Below, piece by piece: positions 8,124-11,617 of a DNA stretch of 11,617 bases. The first letter of the stretch is position 1; every line of letters starts with the position of its first letter. The translations under genes were made by a program, and so were the position numbers. The notes beneath the pieces are model-generated. The model was not told where the DNA came from, searched no databases, and worked only from the letters and a program-made list of their open reading frames with translations. The DNA comes from Selaginella moellendorffii (taxonomy: Eukaryota; Plantae; Lycopodiophyta): NCBI RefSeq assembly GCF_000143415.4, contig NW_003314471.1:10601-22217 (forward strand). Reading direction: 5' to 3'.

Positions 8124-9313
8124 TCGATCTTCCAGCTCGTAAGTCCTCAAATCCCGAAACGATGATGAAAGAATCGCTTGGAACAGGTCCGGAAGTTTCG
8201 AATCAAAGAAATGGCAAGGGCGATGGAACAACGAGCGCTGGGGCGTGGGCGATCCGATCGCGCAGCCCACGTCGTTGGCTGGACGTCGACGTCCACCTCT
8301 GGAAATGCCGTGAGCTCCACTCCCACTTGCTTGGCGGCGAGCTGCTCTCTCGGGCCTCTTTTGCGCATCGATCAACTTCCTCGAATTGCCAACTACGTTC
8401 TTGGGGCCGTGGTTCTCGTCGAGGCCCGAGGCAAACCGGACAGGAGGAGGAGGAGCTTTCGACGCTCCTGGCATGAAGAGGGTGGTGAAAGGAAAGAAAT
8501 GGAGCAAGAGCGAGCACTCCCGAGAGAAGCACTCTGTAGAACGCCACGGCTCACGCCATGGCTCACGCTTCTCCCATGTAGAGACAAGGCTGGGCTCACG
8601 ACGCTCCTGGACAGGCAGACGATTTACAGTGGTATGTACCATTCCCAGAGGCTGCTTATCACTTCCGGTGACTTCGATCGGGACGAAGAAGGCATGACAT
8701 TGGAGCAGGTTGTTTTCCGAAAGCTGCAAGACTGGACACTCTCCAGCATGTTTGGCTCAAAGCTGGTAGGCAAGTGCCCGGTTGCAACTACAAGTAGTGT
8801 CTATCTGGAGCTGGAGGAGAGCTTGGCGAAGCACTTGGCTGGAGATCTCAGCGAAGAAACAGGCATCAACTTCATGGACAGTCGTGTTTTCAGTCTCAGC
8901 CCTGCTCCAAGTCGGGTGCTCGCGTCCTCCTCAGGCTCTCTTTTGCTGGCACACACAGCGAGCTTGATCTCGGCATCACTTGGACAGCCCCGGTGGATTG
9001 GTCTCCGGCTCGGGCTCAGTTCTACACAAGCTGGTACTTGGCTGGCAGCGGGAATGCAAGGGGATCCATCGTGATTTCGTTTCGGGCAAATGATGGTTCT
9101 TCCCGGGACTGTTACTCTCCAGGCATCGAGGCAGCCGAGGATGATACCGAGGTATGTTCGTTTGAATGGCCACACGCTACAGGTTTCGTTGGATTGCCAA
9201 AACGTGGAGTTTTGGGACTGATGAGATTCACACCAGCAGAAGATCGCAAAGCTCCTGCGGCTGTGGAGATTTCTCAGCGAGTTTCTATTGCAACCCAGGC
9301 CATAACTCTTGAC
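8124..9313 (+). pseudogene. GPI16: GPI transamidase component PIG-T/GPI16 pseudogene fragment (central part only; frameshifts, deletions, internal inversion)
   Basis: Recognisable blocks in the expected order: IFQL|VRKFRIKEM, QGRWNNERWG, [inverted AKQVGVEL], ALSGLFCASINFLE, ALPREALC...LTPWLTLLPCRDKAGL, YHSQRL, LEQ, DWTLSSMFG..VGKCPVATTSSVYLEL, DLGITW..PVDWS, YLAGSGNARGSIVI, MIPRYVRLNGHTLQV (shifted frame from 9141) and FTPAEDRKAPAAVEI. There are at least five frame changes. The signal peptide and the C-terminal PDFSMPYNV/TM region are missing. Confidence 0.93.
8139..8186 (+). other. 48-nt spliceosomal intron retained in the PIG-T fragment
   Basis: CTC|GTAAGT...GAACAG|GTC. Removing it joins IFQL to VRKFRIKEM, matching the plant GPI16 ISQLVxKFRxKEM sequence. 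Confidence 0.85.
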
Positions 9314-10625
9314 GATCTATTACCACGATGATCGATTCACAACCCAAGAGGGGGCTTTGCCAAGGACGAAACGCCGAGCAGCACGAATGCGGGGGATAAT
9401 CTCGTCTGGTGGGCGATCTAACAAAAACGCCATGGATTTCGCAAAGACCCCTGTCATATGGTTCAAGTACATGGTATGATTTTTTTATTACGGGAACCCG
9501 GTTGCCGAGATGATGGCTATCAGGTAAGTGTAGAGGTAAACCGTTGTAGAAGACCCGGGTTCGATGCCGAAGGGTCCACTCAACAAGGACTTTTATGCAA
9601 AAATTTTGCTAAATAAGGAGCCATTATTCTGGTTCGCCGGCTCACAAAAACAGCTTAGACCAGTCATTTAGGACATCGGTCTCCCAAAACAAACGTTTCG
9701 GGTTCGATTCTCTTCCCGATATTTGTAAATACCAAATACTGAATCATCGTCGATCATCAATGCGGATGCTCTGGCATCGCGACGCTGGAGCACCTCAGCC
9801 TTGCGCAGATTGACGTGGGCAAGCTGGAGACTGCGGCGGCTGTGATAATCCATTTCCTGGCCTATCGGCGCAGCGGCGGCTCCAGCCCTGGCAGCTGATT
9901 CTCTTGTCTCGTCTGATTCCATTGACAAGACATGATCGATCGCAGGCGCTCCTCCTGTCGCTCCTCCTCCTCCTCGCAGTGTAGCTTTCTCGACGCTGAC
10001 CTTGTGTTTGGCGCCCTGGCGGCGGGATACGTTTTCAGGGACCAAGGTTGAGAGGTATGAACTTCCAGAGAAGTAGACTTTGTAAGCTTTCGGTGTGATC
10101 TTTCCAGGTTCAGGGCTGTGCTTGGAGCATCGACGCCACACATTCACCATCCATTCCTGTCACGAACAGGCAATTCCATCCTCAGGCAGCTCAAGTGGAC
10201 GAAGTTCTCCATGTGCCTGGTGGGTTTGGGGGAATCAAACAAGCCCGCTTTTTCTCGGAGAGACTGCCGTCCTGCCCGAGCTTGATACTCCTCCCGATTT
10301 TAGCACCCAAAAGTCACCCCGATTCTTGAGACGCATCAAGGATATTTACTAGCCAGACTTCCATGGTGTCTACATGAAAGGTTTATGCGAAGGAGGACGC
10401 CACCCTCACTGTCAGCTTTAACACTTTCTCAGCAGGAGCTTACAGTTCCCTAGGATCAGCGCCAAAGGGGTACTTCCACAGGAGAACTAAATCTCTCGTA
10501 CCTCTTGATTATTGCTAGTGAGAGCAGCAGGAGCTTGATGGTGCAGAACTACCACTTTCTGTTCTGTCTGGAAGCGTCCCAGTTGTCACCGCACCAAATG
10601 CCACGAACTTTCAATTGCTATCTAG
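9314..10625 (+). pseudogene. Unidentified degenerate gene fragment(s), GC-rich, with at least one short intron; strand tentative
   Basis: Exon-like composition with short protein-like stretches in changing frames (IATLEHLSLAQIDVGKLE; TKVER|FRAVLGASTPH...ILRQLKWTKFSMCLVGLGE; RFLRRIKDIY*PDFHGVYM). A candidate 53-nt intron lies at 10055-10107 (AG|GTATGA...TTTCCAG|G). No family recognised. Confidence 0.4.
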
Positions 10626-10810
10626 GGTATAAAATGAGTAACTATCACAAATATTCTTTTGCATAGCTCGAACCAAGGCACCACTGGACTACTGATCTTT
10701 CATAACATTATTAAGAAAGGAAGGCTTTAATGTGAAAAAAGCCTGATCTTGTCCATAACCAATAAGAGGTGGGATAGAGGATCAGCAAGCAATCCCAAAG
10801 TGTATGCGAC

Positions 10811-11215
10811 ATTTCTACTTCCATACTTTTTATGCTAGAACCAGTGCATCTTAGATTCTTTGACAAGGAGAGGCACTAAAATAGCATCAAACTTGTAAAT
10901 AGGTACTGTGCATCACCTTGACCACATCAAAATAAAAAGTAATACTGTGTTGATCTCCGGAAATTGAAGAGTAGTATAAAAAAGGCTTTTCATAGATAAC
11001 AAATTTTCTTGCATTTCTGGGACATGCGTATAGTGCCATTTGTTAAGCTCAATGAGAATAGAACCAACACCTTTAGCTTCATAGAATTTTGCATTGGTGA
11101 CTCCACAATGGGTACTGGTGTAGGCAAGTCTACCAATTGAACAAAATTTACTCAATTTCTTGACATTCAAAATTATTGAATACATTGTCCTATTGAAGGG
11201 TGAGTCAATAAATAT
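10811..11215 (-). mobile_element. Ty1/copia pol remnant (protease/beta-barrel region to GAG-pre-integrase motif)
   Basis: ORF 10913..11245(-) contains FIDSPFNRTM (cf. WxIDSGAxxHM), VTNAKFYEAKGVGSILI (cf. VxxANG....KGxGxIxI) and HVPEMQENLLSM (cf. xVPxLxxNLLSV). Downstream, *HKKYGSRN at 10837-10811 resembles WHxRLGHxN. Confidence 0.72.
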
Positions 11216-11538
11216 ATACTTATAGATGGTGTACGTCTTAGTCAAGTATATGTTGTTAGTCCTAGTATTTGTGAATTTGAGATTTTACGGCTTAACTCTT
11301 TCTAGATTATACCATTTAAGGAGGTTTATTTATCCTATGCAAAGATTCTTCCTATTTGATAAGTAGTTTGACTTTGTCGTTTACAACAATGTCATTGCAA
11401 TTATCTTCTAAGACAAATGACTTTGTTGTAGTTGTTAAACTAGAAACTCTATATATTTACTCATTTTTTATTTTAGTTTAGAATTAATTTAAAAAGTTAG
11501 AACAAGGATTAACTATTATATTCATTTCAAAAGGAACT

Positions 11539-11551
11539 TATATATATATAT
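11539..11551. repeat. (TA)6 microsatellite in an AT-rich intergenic tail
   Basis: tatatatatatat read directly. Confidence 0.8.
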
Positions 11552-11617
11552 TTGAATTTATAATTTATTTTTGCTTTAGATAATTGTAAACATAACAATT
11601 ATATCATAAATTTATTT

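Noticed and set aside
8178-9074. 298-aa ORF as a functional PIG-T CDS
   Set aside because: It starts inside the intron, is out of frame with PIG-T for ~8215-8505 and after ~8960, carries deletions, and lacks the signal peptide and TM anchor.
9545-9575. tRNA or SINE suggested by AGACCCGGGTTCGATGCC (B-box-like)
   Set aside because: The T-stem does not pair fully, and no acceptor or anticodon stems can be built.
9668-10150. 160-aa minus-strand ORF as a real gene
   Set aside because: No recognisable domain. Splice signals point to the plus strand, and open antisense frames are common in GC-rich exonic DNA.
10281-10310. LDTPPDFS as the displaced PIG-T C-terminal TPDFSMPYNV motif
   Set aside because: MPYNV, the following TM helix and the upstream EYPPDAN motif are all absent. 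Probably coincidence.
10560-10630. Helitron 3' end at CTAG 10622-10625
   Set aside because: There is no clear subterminal GC hairpin, and CTAG is followed by G rather than T.

Overview
Eukaryotic, plant-type DNA with no intact protein-coding gene that I can support. The ~50-nt introns, PLS-type PPR remnant and GC-rich exons suggest a compact non-seed plant such as Selaginella; this is inference. Positions 1-5518 hold two copies of one LTR-retrotransposon family in opposite orientation. Element A (minus strand) shows a ~1.7-kb 5' LTR, a tRNA-iMet primer binding site (PBS) and a decayed internal region. It appears inserted into element B (plus strand), which shows the 3' part of its internal region and its 3' LTR. 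Both LTRs carry a compound hexamer plus 11/12-bp minisatellite and conserved ACGTG (G-box/ABRE) cores. Cross-matching the two internal regions implies an internal domain of only ~1.8 kb, so the family is probably non-autonomous. Next come a decayed LINE reverse-transcriptase remnant, a PPR pseudogene fragment and an intron-retaining GPI-transamidase PIG-T/GPI16 pseudogene fragment. The PIG-T fragment has an internal ~80-bp micro-inversion and is flanked by a 10-bp imperfect direct repeat. The window ends with further unidentified gene fragments, a Ty1/copia pol remnant and AT-rich DNA. All protein assignments come from motif recognition by eye, without database searches.
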